A stretch of DNA of 64,000 nt from Anaeramoeba ignava BMAN (GCA_028826165.1 JAPDFW010000127.1:85293-149292); one strand, 5' to 3'. Numbered from the stretch's first letter, positions 48,901 through 63,607 are shown. Notes: a model not told the origin generated them from the letters alone. Translations and numbers: made by a program.

Positions 48901-51622
48901 AAAACTCCAGAATTCGAAAAAAGAGAGATTGTTTTGATTGGAAATGATATTACTTTTCAAATAGGATCTTTTGGTTTTCGTGAAGATATGCTATTCAAGT
49001 TAGTAAGTCAATATTCAAGAAGGAAAAAAATTCCTCAAGTTTATATTTCAGCAAATTCAGGAGCAAGAATTGGATTATCAAAACTTATTAAAGATAGATT
49101 TCAAGTTGAATGGAATAATCCAGATGATCTTGAGCAAGGTTTTCAATATTTATATCTTAATGAAGAGGATAATAAAAAATTAAGTGAATATGTCTTAACA
49201 AAACTTGTTGAATCAAATCAAAATAAAAATAAAAATCAAAATCAAAATGAAAATGAAATTGAAAATAAAAATAAAAATGAAAATCAAAATCAAAATCAAA
49301 ATGAAAATCAAAATAAAAATCAAAATCAAAATCAAAATGAAAATCAAAATCAAAATCAAAATCAAAATCAAAATCAAAATCAAAATCAAAATCAAAATCA
49401 AAATCAAAATCAAAATCAAAATCAAAATCAAAATCAAAATCAAAATCAAAATCAAAATCAAAATCAAAATCAAAATCAAAATCAAAATCAAAATCAAATC
49501 AAAATCAAAATCAAAATCAAAATCAAAATCAAAATCAATGAAAATCAAAATCAAAATCAAAATAAAAAAATAAAAAAAATGAAAATCAAAATAAAAATCA
49601 AAATCAAAATGAAAATCAATATGAAAATCAAAATCAAAATCAAAATCAAAATCAAAATCAAAATCAAAATCAAAATCAAAATCAAAATCAAAATCAAAAT
49701 CAAAATCAAAATCAAAATCAAAATCAAAATCAAAATCAAAATCAAAATCAAAATCAAAATGAAAATCAAAATGAAAATCAAAATCAAAATCAAAATCAAA
49801 ATCAAAATGAAAATCAAAATCAAAATCAAAATCAAAATCAAAATCAAAATCAAAATCAAAATCAAAAATCAAAATCAAAATCAAAATCAAAATCAAAATC
49901 AAAATCAAAATCAAAATCAAAAATCAAAATCAAAATCAAAATCAAAATAAAAAATTTGAAATTACAGATATTATTTCAGAATTTGATGATATTGGAGTTG
50001 TAAACCTCCAAGGTTCAGGAATGATTGCAGGAGAAACTTCATCAGCATACACAGAATGCTTTACAATAAGTTATGTAACAGGAAGAGCTGTAGGTATTGG
50101 ATCATATCTTGTTCGATTAGGACAAAGAGTAATCCAAAAAAATGATTCACCAATAATTTTAACAGGAGCTCAAGCACTTAATAAACTTCTAGGAAGCAAT
50201 ATTTATACATCAAATATTCAAATAGGAGGTCCACAAATCATGGGAGCAAATGGAATATCGCATAGAATTGTTCAGAATGATTTGGAGGGAATCGAGGAAA
50301 TACTTAAATGGCTTTCCTTTATACCTAAAAAGAAAGGAAAATCATTACCAATCCATTTATCATCACTTCTTCAAGATCCAATAGAACGTGAAATAGAATT
50401 TATTCCCCCAAACGAACCTTATGATCCTGTGAATTTATTAAATGGTGCATATGATCCAAAAACCCAAAAATGGATCAGTGGATTGTGTGACAAAGGAAGC
50501 TTTATTGAAACCTTAGAGATGTGGGCACAAACAGTAAGAGTAGGTCGATGTAGATTAGGAGGAATCCCATTAGGCATCATTGTACCGGAGTTGAGAACTG
50601 TTACTTCAATTATTCCTGCGGATCCAGCTAATCTAAAGTCTGAGGAAACAACAATATTACAAGCAGGACAACTTTGGTATCCTGATTCAGCATTTAAAAC
50701 AGCACAAGCAATCCGAGACTTTGATCAAGAAGAACTTCCGCTTTTAATCTTCGCAAACTTTCGTGGATTCTCAGGTGGATTGCGGGACATGTTCCACGAA
50801 GTCCTCAAATTCGGATCTATGATTGTTGACAACTTGAGAACTTACAAAAATCCAATTGTTGTTTATTTACCTCCTTATTCAGAATTACGAGGAGGTGCTT
50901 GGGTTGTTTTGGATCCAAAAATAAACCTTAACGGATTATGTGAAATGTTTGCCGATCCAAGTTCCAAAGGAGGAGTACTTGAACCAACTGGAACAATTGA
51001 AATCAAGTACAAAAATCAAGATCTTATATCAACAATGCATCGTTTGGATCCTGTTTTGATTCAGCTTGAAAAAACTCTCAACGATCCAAATATCTGCAAT
51101 GTTGAGCACCAAAGAAACCATATTCTCAGTCAGATTTCTGAACGCGAAAATAAACTTCTTCCAATTTTTACTCAAATTGCAACCAAGTTTGCTGATCTTC
51201 ATGATACTCCTGTTCAAATGAAACACAGAAAAGTTATCAAGGAAGTTATCGAATGGAAAAATGCAAGATCTTATTTTTATTATCATTTCTCTCGCAAAAT
51301 CCAAGAGTTAAATATTTATAAAAAACTCATTTCATCTGGTGTTTCAAAAAATTTGGAACATTCTTCTTTTTTATTCCAAAAATGGATTTTCAAACAAAAT
51401 GATTTTGATCACAAACAATTCCTTGATAATAAGTTATTTATTTCTTATTTACTCAAAAAAAAAGAAGATATTCAAAAATGGATTCAAGATTTATCTATTC
51501 AATTTAATTCTTCTTTTGATAAAATTCTTAATGAAATGAAAAGTTTTCTTGATAATATTTCTGTTGAAAATCGAAAACAATTTATTGAAAAAATTAATTT
51601 GGAAATTAATGAAAAAAATTAA
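42941..51622 (+). CDS. ACC: Multidomain eukaryotic-type acetyl-CoA carboxylase (exon 42941-42980, intron, 43958-51622 with frameshifts in an internal repeat)
   Basis: BC domain (ILIATNGIAAVK, FVVMATPED, PGWGHASENP, GGGKGIRK, QRRHQK, FLEFNPRLQVEH), BCCP EMETMKM biotin site, CT domain (GNDITFQIGSFG, SANSGARIG, GSGMIAGETS, GIGSYLVRLGQR, AGQLWYPDSAFKTAQAI, ANFRGFSGG, ELRGGAWVV, GGVLEP). Confidence 0.95.
42981..43957 (+). repeat. ACC intron 1 filled with (AAATC)n pentamer
   Basis: GT at 42981, AG at 43956-43957; pentamer array ~43010-43940. Confidence 0.92.
49210..49950 (+). repeat. (CAAAAT)n hexamer array inside the ACC carboxyltransferase coding region
   Basis: Starts in frame as NQNQ..., has no internal GT or AG, and conserved ACC sequence resumes at KFEITDII (~49952). 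Confidence 0.9.
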
Positions 51623-51695
51623 TTAAAATTCAATTTAAAAAAGCAAATAATTTTTTGCTTTTTCTTTTTTATTTTTTATTTTTATTTTTATTTTT

Positions 51696-54600
51696 TTAAG
51701 CTTTTGGTTTAATTAAAAGACTTAAACTAGAAATTAAAGTTAAACCAGAGAAAATAAACATTAAAGTGAAATAATGTCCAGTTTTATTATTAATTCCTGA
51801 AGAAATTGAAGGAATTGCCATTGCAGCTGTTGATGAAAAAATTTGAAGAAAACCTAAATGAATTCCAAAATTTTTTTGACCAAAACTTTCACCAACCATA
51901 GTTGGAATTAAGACCAATGTTGTTCCAAAAATAAATCCAACATAAATCAAAAAAATACATCTAAAAACATCAATTGTTTTTCCTTTTTTAGAAACAGCTG
52001 TCAAAATACCAAGAATTAATAATATAACTGAAGATATAAACATAATAAGTGAAAGATATTCTTCTCTTCGATGATTTTTTTTCTTTGTTTTAATTTATTA
52101 ATTTATTAATTTATTAATTTATTTTTAAATTAATTTTAAAAATACTTTCAATAAATCTGAAAAAACTCCACTTAAAAATGATCCAGTTGCATTTGCTACA
52201 GAAAATAAAGTGAGAATAAGATCTGTTAAATCAAAAGAGGAGTTATAAGATTTCCAAATCAAATTAACATCTTTTAAAAAAAAATAAAAGAAAAAAGCAT
52301 TCCACATTTTTTTTTTAAAAAGAAAACAAATTTATAAATATAAATATTAATATTTTACCTGCAATAACAAAAACTCCAACTCCAACGCCAGTAAAAAAAG
52401 AAATTGCATAAATCCAAAATAATCGATTTTTAAGAATTTGTAAAGATTCTTTAAATGAAGCTTTATCCTCTTTTTTTTCTTCAATAATTTCGATTTCATC
52501 AACACAAATTGAAAGTAACTAAAAACAGAAAAAATTTCAATAAAAAATTTGTTTTGTTTTTTGAATAAAATTTTGAATAAAATTTTGAGAATTACTTTTT
52601 CTTTTTCATTATCATTTTCTTTTATCATTTTCTTTATCATTTTCATTTTCATTTTCATTATCATTTTCTTTATCATTTTCTTTTTCATTTTCTTTTTCAT
52701 TTTCTTTATCATTTTCTTTATCTTTTTCTTTATCTTTCTTATCTTTATTTTTCTTATCTTTATTAGATTGAGATTCTGTATCTGTTTCTGATAAAAGATC
52801 AGGTGAATTTGAAAATTTATCTAAATTTTCATTTTCATTAATATTAATATTTCCAAAATTTTCAAAATTTTCTTGATTGGTTTTTGTTATTTTTTTTGTT
52901 CTTCCATAAAGAAATAAACTAAAAGGAATCAAAATAATTCCCATTAAAATTGCAAGAAATCTAACTTCTTTTTTCCAACAAGAATCACCACTACAACCAG
53001 AAACTTTATCATATACTAAAATTTAAAATAATTAAAAAAAAGTCCCGAAAGAAAAAAAAAATTTTTTTAAGAACTTTTTTTTGGAAAAATTTTTGCTTTT
53101 TAAAAATAAAAAGAAAACACAAACAACTATAAAGAGAAACAACTAATCCCATAGAAAGACTCATTGCAGTTCCAACAAGAGACATATTAATACCCAAATA
53201 TTTAAGTGGACTAACTTTAAGAGCTGTACCTAAAGAACAAATAAAACCAGTTCCAAGACCAAAACCAGCCAAAGTAAAAAAAAAAGTGATTGAAGCTTTT
53301 GTTTGAATAAATGTAGCCATTAAAAAACTAAAAACTGCACAAACTCCTCCAATTAAGGATGCTATTTTTGCTCCAAATTTATCATGTAAAAATCCTGCAG
53401 GAATTGTGAAATATAAACCTAACATTTCGAGTGATGTTAAAACTTGAATGAAACCATCATTGTAATGTTCTGTGTTTTGAATTTTAGAACTAATTTTATC
53501 AAAAGCATTCTTTTTTTTTTAAGGAGAAAATTTATATTTTAATTTTATATATATTTATATTTCTAATTGCATTTATATTTATATTTATATTTATATTTAT
53601 ATTTATATTTATATTTATATTTATATTTATATTTATATTTATAATTGTATTTATATTTATATTTATATTTATATTTATATTTATATTTATATTTATATTT
53701 ATATTTATATTTATATTTATATTTATATTTATATTTATATTTATATTTATATTTATATTTATATTTATATTTATATTTATATTTATATTTATATTTATAT
53801 TTATATTTTATTTATTTTTATATTTATATTTATATTTATATTTATATTTATATTTTATTTTATATTTTATTTTTCATATTTATATTTATTTTATATTTAT
53901 ATTTTATATTTATATTTATATTTTTAATTTTATTTATATATATTTTAAAATGTATTTTATATTTATATTTATATTTTTATATTTCATTTATATTTTATAT
54001 TTTATATTTATTTTATATTTTATATTTATATTTATATTTATATTTTATATTTATATTTATATTTTATATTTATATTTATATTTAATTTATATTTATATTT
54101 ATAATTATATTTATATTTATATTTATATTTATATTTATTTATATTTATATTTTATATTTTATATTTTATATTTATATTTATATTTTATATATTTTATATT
54201 TTATATTTATATTTTATTTATATTTTATATTTATTTATATTTATATTTTATATTTATATTTTATATTTCATATTTATATTTTATATTTATAATTACATTT
54301 ATAATTTATATTTATATTATATTTATATTTTATATTTATATTTATATTTTATATTTATATTATATTTTATATTTATATTTATATTTATATTTATATTTAT
54401 ATTTATATTTATATTTTATATTTATATTTATATTTATATTTATATTTATATTTATATTTATATTTTATATTTATATTTATATATTTATATTTATATTTCA
54501 TATTTATATATATTTATATTTTATATTTATATATATTTTATATTTTATATTTTATATTTATATTTATATTTATATTTTATATATTTTTATATTTTATATT

Positions 54601-57154
54601 TTATATTTATATTTCATATTTTTTATATTTTATATTTATATATATTTTATATTTTATATTTCATATTTTTTTATATTTATATTTTATATTTATATTTTAT
54701 ATTTCATATTTATTATTTTATATTTTATATTTTATATTTATTTATATTATATTATAATTTATATTTATATTTTATATTTTTATATTTTATATTTTATATA
54801 TTTATATTTTTATATTTATATTTATATATTTTATATTTATAATTTATATTTATATTTTATATTTATATTTATATTTATATTTTATTTATATTTATATTTT
54901 ATATTTTATATTTACATATATTTATATTTTATATTTTATATTTTATATTTTATATTTTATATTTATATTTATATTTTATATTTATTTTATATTTTATATT
55001 TTATATTTCATATTTTATATTTCATATTTCATTTTATTTTATATTTATATTTATATTTATATTTATATTTATATTTATATTTTATTTTTATATTTATATT
55101 TATATTTCATATTTATATTTTATATTTTTATATTTTATATTTATATTTATATTTTATATTTTTATTTTATATTTTATATTTATATTTTATATTTATATTT
55201 TATATATTTTATATTTATATTTATATTTATATATTTATTTATATTTTATATTTATATATTTTATATTTATATTTATATTTATATTTTTATATATATATTT
55301 ATATATCATATATTTATATATTTTTATATTTTATATTTATTTATATTTATATTTAATATTTATATTTATATTTATATTTTATATATTTCATATTTATATT
55401 TTATATTTCATTTTATATTTATATTTCATATATATATATTTATATATTTTATATTTATATTTTATATTTATATTTATATTTATATTTCATTTTATATACA
55501 TATATTTATATTTCATATTTATATTTATTATTTTATTTTATATTTTATATTTTATATTTATATTTTATATTTATATTTTATATTTCATTATATATTTATA
55601 TTTATTTTATATATATTTATTTATATTTATATTTTATATTTTTATATTTATTTTTATATTTATATTTTATATTTCATATTTCATATATTTATATTTATGT
55701 TTCATATTTTATATTTATTTTATATTTTATATTTATATTATTTATATTTTATATTTTTATTTATTTATATTTTATATTTTTTTATATTTATATTTTATAT
55801 TTTATATTTATATTTATATTTATATTTTATGTTTATATTTATATTTCATTTTTATTTTTATATATTTATTTTTTATTTATATTTATATTTCATATTTTAT
55901 ATATTATATTTATATTTTATATTTATATTTCATTATTTCATTATATATTTATATTTTATATTTATATTTTATATTTTATTTTTTATATATTTATATTTTC
56001 ATATTTGCTATTTATATTTTATATTTATATATTTATATTTTATATTTGTATTTATTTCAATATTTTATATTTTTATATTTATATTTCATATATTTATATT
56101 TATATTTTATATTTATATTTTATATTTATTATATTTTATTTTTATATATATTTTATATTTTATTTTATATTTATATTTATATTTTTTTATATTTATATTA
56201 TTTAATTGTATTTTATATTTTATATATTTTATATTTTGTATTTACATTTCATATTTTATATTTTATATCATTTATATTTATATTTATATTTTGTATTTAT
56301 ATTTATATTTCATTTTGTATTTATATTTATATTTTATATTTATATTCATATTTTATATTTATATTTTATATTTTATATTTTATATTTTTATATATATTTA
56401 TATTTTATTTATATTTATATATTTATATTTTATATTTATATTTTTAATTTAAATTTTATATTTATATTTATATTTATATTTATATTTATATTTATATTTA
56501 TATTTTAAATTTTTATATTTATATTTTAATTATATTTTAATTATATTTTTTAATTTATATTTTATATTTCTAAATTATATTTATATTTATATTTTATATT
56601 TATATTTATATTTATATATTTATATTTATATTTATATTTATATTTTTATATTTTATATTTTTATATTTCAAAATGTATTTATATTTATATTTATATTTAT
56701 ATTTATATTTCAATTGTATTTATATTTCGTATTTATATTTATATTTATATTTATATTTTATATTTATTTTAAAATATTTATATTTATATTTCTAAAATGT
56801 ATTTCTAATTGTATTTTTATATTTTATATTTCTAATTATATTTATATTTCTAATTGTATTTATATTTATATTTATATTTATATTTATATTTATATTTATA
56901 TTTATATTTATATTTATATTTATATTTATATTTATATTTATATTTATATTTATATTTTGTATTTATATTTATATTTTATATTTATATTTATATTTTAATT
57001 GTATTTCTAATTGTATTTATATTTATATTTATATTATTTTTAAATTGTGTGTTGATTAAGATTTTTATACAGGTGCTCCACATAATAAAGAAATAATAAT
57101 TGCAGAAATTATTTGTAAAACTTGAAACCAACCAAATTTATTTCGAGTTTGCAT
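51696..57154 (-). CDS. MFS transporter (nodulin-like/OxlT-like), multi-exon, first exon 57154-57071
   Basis: TM helices with the motif-A variant [18 protein letters not shown] and [14 protein letters not shown]. Intron 57070-53510 splices exon 1 (..LLCGAP) in frame to NAFDKISS...MLGLYF. Confidence 0.8.
53510..57070 (-). repeat. 3.56-kb intron almost entirely (TATATT)n, degenerate in the middle
   Basis: Nearly pure A/T. Minus-strand GT at 57070-57069 and AG at 53511-53510. Confidence 0.9.
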
Positions 57155-57249
57155 TTTGTTAATTAAAAATAAAGAAAATAAAAGAGAAAAATGATTTTTA
57201 TTTATTAATAACAAATAAAACGAAGTTAAAAATTTTTGCTTATTTAAAT

Positions 57250-60200
57250 TCAACAAGACATTTTCCATAAAAACTTAAAAATCGGATAAAAATTGAATGT
57301 CTTCTTTTTGATAATAAATCCAGATTCTTCTTGAAGTTTAAAATGAATTTTGCTTTTTAAAATTTCTTCATTCAAATCAATCCCAACAAATTTGAATTTT
57401 TTAACAAATCGTAAATTATCTTTTGAATTTGGGTCTAACCAATATCCCCTGCATGAAAACAATCTCAAATTATCATTAGACTCATCATTCTTATGGAGAC
57501 TCTTTTCATTTTCCTTTGAATTCACGCCAAAATTGTCGTCAATACAACGTTGAATTTTTTCAAACCAGAAATCAAGCTTTGATTGAGGAGTAATCAAGAG
57601 GGAATGCTCAGAATTAAACAAGAAAAAAGATTCGTTCTCCTTTGGGATGTCTGCATTTTTTTCAGAAAGGGGAAGCTTGATAAAAAGATCGTGGAGAGGG
57701 ATATATAGCTCAGGAATAAATTCAGATAAATGTTTTTTTGTGTCACAAATTAATAAACAATCGTTGAATAAAAAGCAGTATTTTTGGGATGTTTGGGTCA
57801 CAGTAAAGTTCTCCAGAATAGGGAACAAGATCGAATACTCGGCGGTATCTTTCTTTTTCTTTTGTTTTTTATGGACAAATAGTGATTGAGATCGTCTTCG
57901 TGGTGAATCTATTCCGCGAGGAGACATTTCTCCTGAAATAGAACGGTTTTGTTGAACTTCGACTGTTGTTGTTTCTGGATCGGAATGTTCAAATTGCACT
58001 TTTAAAGCCTTCTTCCCAGTTTTGATGGTTCCGTACTTCGAAACTCCTGATTGTTTTTCGGAAGGATTTTTCTCACCGTTTGATGTTATGTATTTTTCTT
58101 TTGGAATTGATGTGTGTTTACGAAGCATTTTATCGTTTAGAGGATCAGGTTTTTCTTCTTTGTGTGTCTTTTTGTTTGGGATTATTTGGTTGGGAGTTAA
58201 TATTTGGGAATTTATTTTGGATAATTTAACCCTTTTTTTATTTGAATTTTTTTTGTTCTTTTTTTGGTTGTCTTGATTTTCATCAGAAATAAGTTTGTTT
58301 TTGGAAGAAAAACAACACTATGCTTTTTGTTTCATATCTCTTGAAACTGGGCTAAGAAACCTATTTGATTTGCGTTCCAGAAATTGAAATGTGATAAACC
58401 CTTCTTGGATCAGTCTTCTATGAGATTGATCCAGTAAATTAATTCCTTTTCCGCTTAATTTTGTTTGAATCGAGATGAGTTTTTGATGTTCTTCTGCAAT
58501 TCGCTTAGTTTCATTCACTTTGATTTCCGAATTTATTCACAATTTCAAGTGCGTCAGTTAGATCTTGATAGTCTGGATGCGATTCATCAGTGTATTTCTG
58601 GATCTGCTCAAACAAAAGCTTGTATTGCCCGATTCTTTGAACTGGTTGAATCAATATCGCATCCAATTCCAGTCTCTGAAAAAACGGATCCTGTTCTTGA
58701 ATTTTGAGGAAATTTGCAAATGAATGGTTTTGTTTTCTTGCTTGTTTCAGAGTTTGAATTGATCGATCAAAGTTGTTGTTATATATGATGTAATTACTAA
58801 CAAATTGCGGAATATGATTCTTGGCAATATCGCCAACACCTTTTTTGGGATTCCAGTTCTTGAACCTTTCCAAAAGATTGCTCAAAAAAAGCGATCCGTC
58901 TTGATAGATATTCTGAATATTAGAGAAAATAAGCTCTAATTGATCCTTCGAAATCATTGGATTGTTCTTCTCTATTGAGCTTGTGCGATTTGATAGAGGA
59001 TCGATTATTTTAGATATTAATCCTGACAAAATACGTAAATAATTTTTCTCAGTGTCAATCAATTCGAAAATACTAAAATCACGCATAAAATGTTTTTTGA
59101 TAAATTGCGCGCATTTTTTGTGTTTGTGATTCTCAGCAAGAATATGTGGGCGTTGCATGATGTCTGTGTAGTGTATCAAATTTGCGCCGTATTCAATAAG
59201 AATTTCACAAATCTCAAAAAATCCGTTTTTGGATGCAATTTGGATCGCATTCATTCCGTTTCCATTTCGGATGTTGATATTCTTGCAAGTGGGGATGATT
59301 TTTTTTGCAATCTCAATGTTATTTGCTTCAACCGCATAATGCAAGAGATTTTTGGATTCTTTGTTATTGACCCATGAAGGGAATCCAAGTTCAACGTAAA
59401 TATTTGCAATTTCCATATTTGAATTTTTAACAGCATCAAATACTTGCTCCATTGCACCGTTATCCAATAAGAGCTCAACAATATCAATGAATCCCTTTGA
59501 AAGGGCAAGAAATAACGGTGTGTGTTGTTGATCATCTTGTTGATCCAATTTTGCTCCATAACTTATTAATATTTTACTGCATTCATAATTTCCGTTGAAA
59601 CAACTTAAATGCAATGGTGTTTGTTTCTTCTTGTTTTCTATGTTGATATTTGTTTCTCGTATGATTTGAAGCATTAATTCTGTGTTTCCTGTTGTTGCAA
59701 TAATGTGTAGAACTGTGTTTCCTTCTTCATTTTGTTTGTTTATGTCTGTGATTTCTTTGTGTTTGGTAATAAATTGTTTTCTTGAATTTTTTGCTGCATG
59801 ATGAAGAATTGTATTTCCTTCTCTGTCTGTTTCTTCTTTATAGGATGGAGATTCTTTTTTTATGTAAATATTTTAATTTCAAAATGAATTTTAATTTCAA
59901 TTATAATTTTCATTTCAATTATATTTTTAATTTATAAATGAATTTTAATTTTAATTTTAATTTTGATTTCAAAATGAATTTCAATTTTAATTTTAATTTA
60001 TAAATCAATTTTAATTTTAATTTTAATTTTTTACTCAAAAACTTCATTAAAATATCAAAACATTCCATATTTTCATTACAAATTGCACACAAATGCAAAC
60101 AAGGAATTCCATCAGTTGTTGAAAGCGGTGAAGACCTCGAATCTCTAAGAAGATGAGTTAAAGTATTTGGTTGATTTTTGATAATTGCATGATGAAAAGC

Positions 60201-61635
60201 ATTGAATCCTTTATTATCAAAAATATTTGCATCAGCAAAATAACTTAATAAAATTGATATTAAAAAAGAATTTCCCAAATCAATAGAATCAATCAAAGGA
60301 GTTTTTCCATCTTTATCTTGAGTATTAATTTGCACTTGTACTTTTGCTTCTTTTCTGAAAAAAAGACCTACAAAACCTATTTTTTCTTCAGCAATCGAAA
60401 GATGAAATGGTGTTTTTCCTTGTTTGTTTTGAATATTAACATCAGATCCAATTGCAATAAGTTGTGTAATAAATTGTTGGTTTTTATTCTCTACAGAACA
60501 ATGTAGAGGTGTTTCATCAAATTCATTTTGTTGGTTAAGTATTTTCATTGTTTCTGGATTTGAAGAAATGTGTTTTAAAATAAACTTGAAAATATCAACA
60601 TGTGAATAAAGAATAGAATAATGAAGGCAATTCATTCCATTTAAGTTTTGGATTGTGATATCTGCTCCTGATTTAATTAATATTTTTGCCATTTTGAGAT
60701 ATCCATTTCTGGCAGCTATTAAAAGTGGTGTTAGATGATCTTGATCTAATAAATTTACATTAGATCCTGTTTTAATCAGAAGTGTTACAATTGCTTGATT
60801 ATTATTCATAACTGCATAATGTAAAGCAGTTTTTCCAGTAAGATCCACAGCTGTTAATATAAAAAATTTAAATATTTTATTAAATATTTTTATTTAAATT
60901 CTTGATTAAATATTTATTTAAATATTTATTTAGATATTTTTATTAAATAATTATTTAAATATTTTTATAAATATTTATTTAAATATTTGTTTAAATATTC
61001 TTGATTAAATATTTATTTAGATATTTGATTAAATATTTGATTAAATATTTATTTAAATATTTATTTAAATATTTATTTAAATATTTATTTAAATATTTGA
61101 TTAAGTAATTGTTTAAATATTTATTTAAATATTTGTTTAAATATTTATTTAGATATTTGATTAAATAATTGATTAAATATTTGATTAAATAATTGTTTAA
61201 ATATTCTTGATTAAATAATTTATTTAAATATTTATTTAGATATTTGTTTAAATATTTGATTAAGTAATTGTTGAAAATTTTTTATACCATTTATATTAAG
61301 AAATGGTATTTTTAAAACTAATTCAATAATTTTTATATTTCCATCTTTAACGGCTTCATGAAGAACTAACTTAGCACCATGTTCAATTAAAACATTTGAA
61401 ATATTATTATGATGGAAAAACTATTTAAAACACAAATTAAATTGATTAAAAAATTTTTATTTTTATTTTTATTTTTATTTTTAAAAAACAAATTTACTTG
61501 AGAAATCATTAATGCTGTACTTCCATTTAGATCAGGATGATTAATATCTTCAATTTTATCAATATTCTTATTTATAAATTCAATATCTCCATTTTTACAA
61601 GCAACAAAAAATTCTTGATAAATATCCTTATTCAT
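57250..61635 (-). CDS. Ankyrin-repeat + DH (RhoGEF) + PH domain protein, multi-exon, two apparent frameshifts near 58320 and 58515
   Basis: Many TPLH/TALH ankyrin repeats; DH motifs ELIDTEKNYLRIL and LIQPVQRIGQYKLLF...TDESHPDY; PH strands RRLIQEG and YCFLFNDCLLIC and helix WFEKIQRCI. Confidence 0.87.
60860..61270. repeat. (TTAAATATTTA/GT)n ~12-bp intronic repeat in the ankyrin-RhoGEF gene
   Basis: Read directly; bounded by minus-strand splice sites. Confidence 0.85.
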
Positions 61636-61858
61636 TTAAAGAAAGAAAGAATGAGAAAGAAAAATGAAAAATCAAAAATTTTTCTTTTTTCTTTTTGCTT
61701 TTTTTTTGGATTAAAAAGGAAATTAAAAATTTAAAAAGGAAATTAAATTTAAAAAGGAAATTAAAAATTAAAAGGAAATTAAAAAGGAAATTAAATTTAA
61801 AAGGAAATTAAAAAAGGAAATTAAATTTAAAAAGGAAATTTAAAAGGAAATTAAAAAA

Positions 61859-63607
61859 TTAATCCTTTTTTGCTTTTGGTTTTTTAACTGCATCTATTAT
61901 GTTTTTGATAACAGTCCAAACCCAATAATATTGAATAGCATAAAATGGAATGCAAATTATTTGAATGTAAAGAGAAGATTGAAGATAATAATGAGAAAGA
62001 ACATAAATTGTATCCCAATAAAGTCTTGTCCAGAAAAATGAAAGTGCGAAAATCAATCCAGTTATTGTATTTGTTTTCCATCGATAAATTGTTAAAAAGA
62101 TTGTTGAAAATTCATTAATTTGCATTGCAACATAAGTCATTTCATTTTTCTTTATTACCAATTCAGTTGCACCAAAAAAGAAACCTTTTAATATTTTGAT
62201 TTTGATTTTAATTTTAATTTTAATTTTAATTTTAATTTTAATTTTGATTTTAATTTTAATTTTCAATTTGATTTTAATTTTAATTTTGATTTTGATTTTG
62301 ATTTTAATTTTAATTTTGATTTTAATTTTAATTTTAATTTTGATATTAATTTTGGTTTTAATTTTAATTTTAATTTTGATTTTAATTTTGATTTTAATTT
62401 TGATTTTGATTTTGATTTTGATTTTAATTTTAATTTTGATTTTGATTTTAATTTTGATTTTAATTTTAATTTTGATTTTAATTTTGATTTTAATTTTAAT
62501 TTTAATTTCTAAATGATTTTAATTTTAATTTTAATTTTAATTTTGATTTTGATTTTAATTTTGATTTTAATTTTGATTTTGATTTTCATTTTAATTTTGA
62601 TTTTAATTTTGATTTTGATTTTAATTTTAATTTTAATTTTGATTTTAATTTAAATTTTAATTTTAATTTTGATTTTGATTTTAATTTTAAATTGATTTTA
62701 ATTTTAATTATTTTGATTTTGATTTTAATTTAAATTTTAATTTTAATTTTGATTTTGATTTTAATTTTAAATTGATTTTAATTTTAATTATTTTGATTTT
62801 GATTTTGATTTTGATTTTGATTTTGATTTTAATTTTGATTTTGATTTTAATTTTGATTTTCATTTTAATTTTAATTTTAATTTTGATTTTAATTTTAATT
62901 TTAATTTTAATTTTAATTTTGATTTTGATTTTGATTTTAATTTTGATTTTGATTTTGATTTTAATTTTGATTTTAATTTTGATTTTAATTTTGATTTTGA
63001 TTTTGATTTTAATTTTAATTTTAATTTTAATTTTGATTTTGATTTTAATTTTAATTTTGATTTTGATTTTAATTTTAATTTTGATATTGATTTTAATTTT
63101 GATTTAAATTTTGATTTTGATTTTGATTTTGATTTTGATTTTGATTTTAATTTTGATTTTGATTTTGATTTTGATTTTGATTTTAATTTTCAATTTGATT
63201 TTAATTTTGATTTTGATATTGATTTTAATTTTAATTTTAATTTTGATTTTAATTTTGATTTTAAATTGATGGTTAAATTTCTAAATTGGTTTTTGATTTA
63301 ATTGTCAAAATATAAATATACCAAAAGCATGATGAGCAACAGTTGTCCAATTTTCATGAGATGAATAAGTCTCTTCTTTAATAAAATAAGTATGATAAGG
63401 AAGATAAACAATAGTAATCATCATTGAAATATGAGGTTTCAAATTGAAAAAATACACAGAAACTGCAGATATTGATGATAAAATACTGTGAACGAAAACA
63501 AGTAACTTAATATTAGTTTTTTTTGTAATATGGAAAATTATTAAAGAAAGTATTCCAGTAACAACAATTTCAATATATCTTTGATTTTCTGGATTTAATG
63601 GAATCAT
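61859..63607 (-). CDS. TLC (TRAM/LAG1/CLN8) domain membrane protein, 2 exons (63607-63322, 62184-61859)
   Basis: VFVHSI, VAHHA, NEFSTIFL, LIFALSFFWTRL and YYW motifs of TLC proteins; C-terminal dilysine KAKKD. The phase-1 intron 63321-62185 keeps the frame. Confidence 0.8.
62190..63270. repeat. (TTTTAA/TTTTGA)n filling the TLC-gene intron
   Basis: Read directly. Confidence 0.9.

Noticed and set aside
53645-57096. Long Y/I/F/L-rich ORFs (e.g. 53950..55356), and the ILILIL, FNFNFN and KIKIKI ORFs elsewhere
   Set aside because: They are translations of stop-free simple repeats lying within introns or antisense to low-complexity coding tracts.
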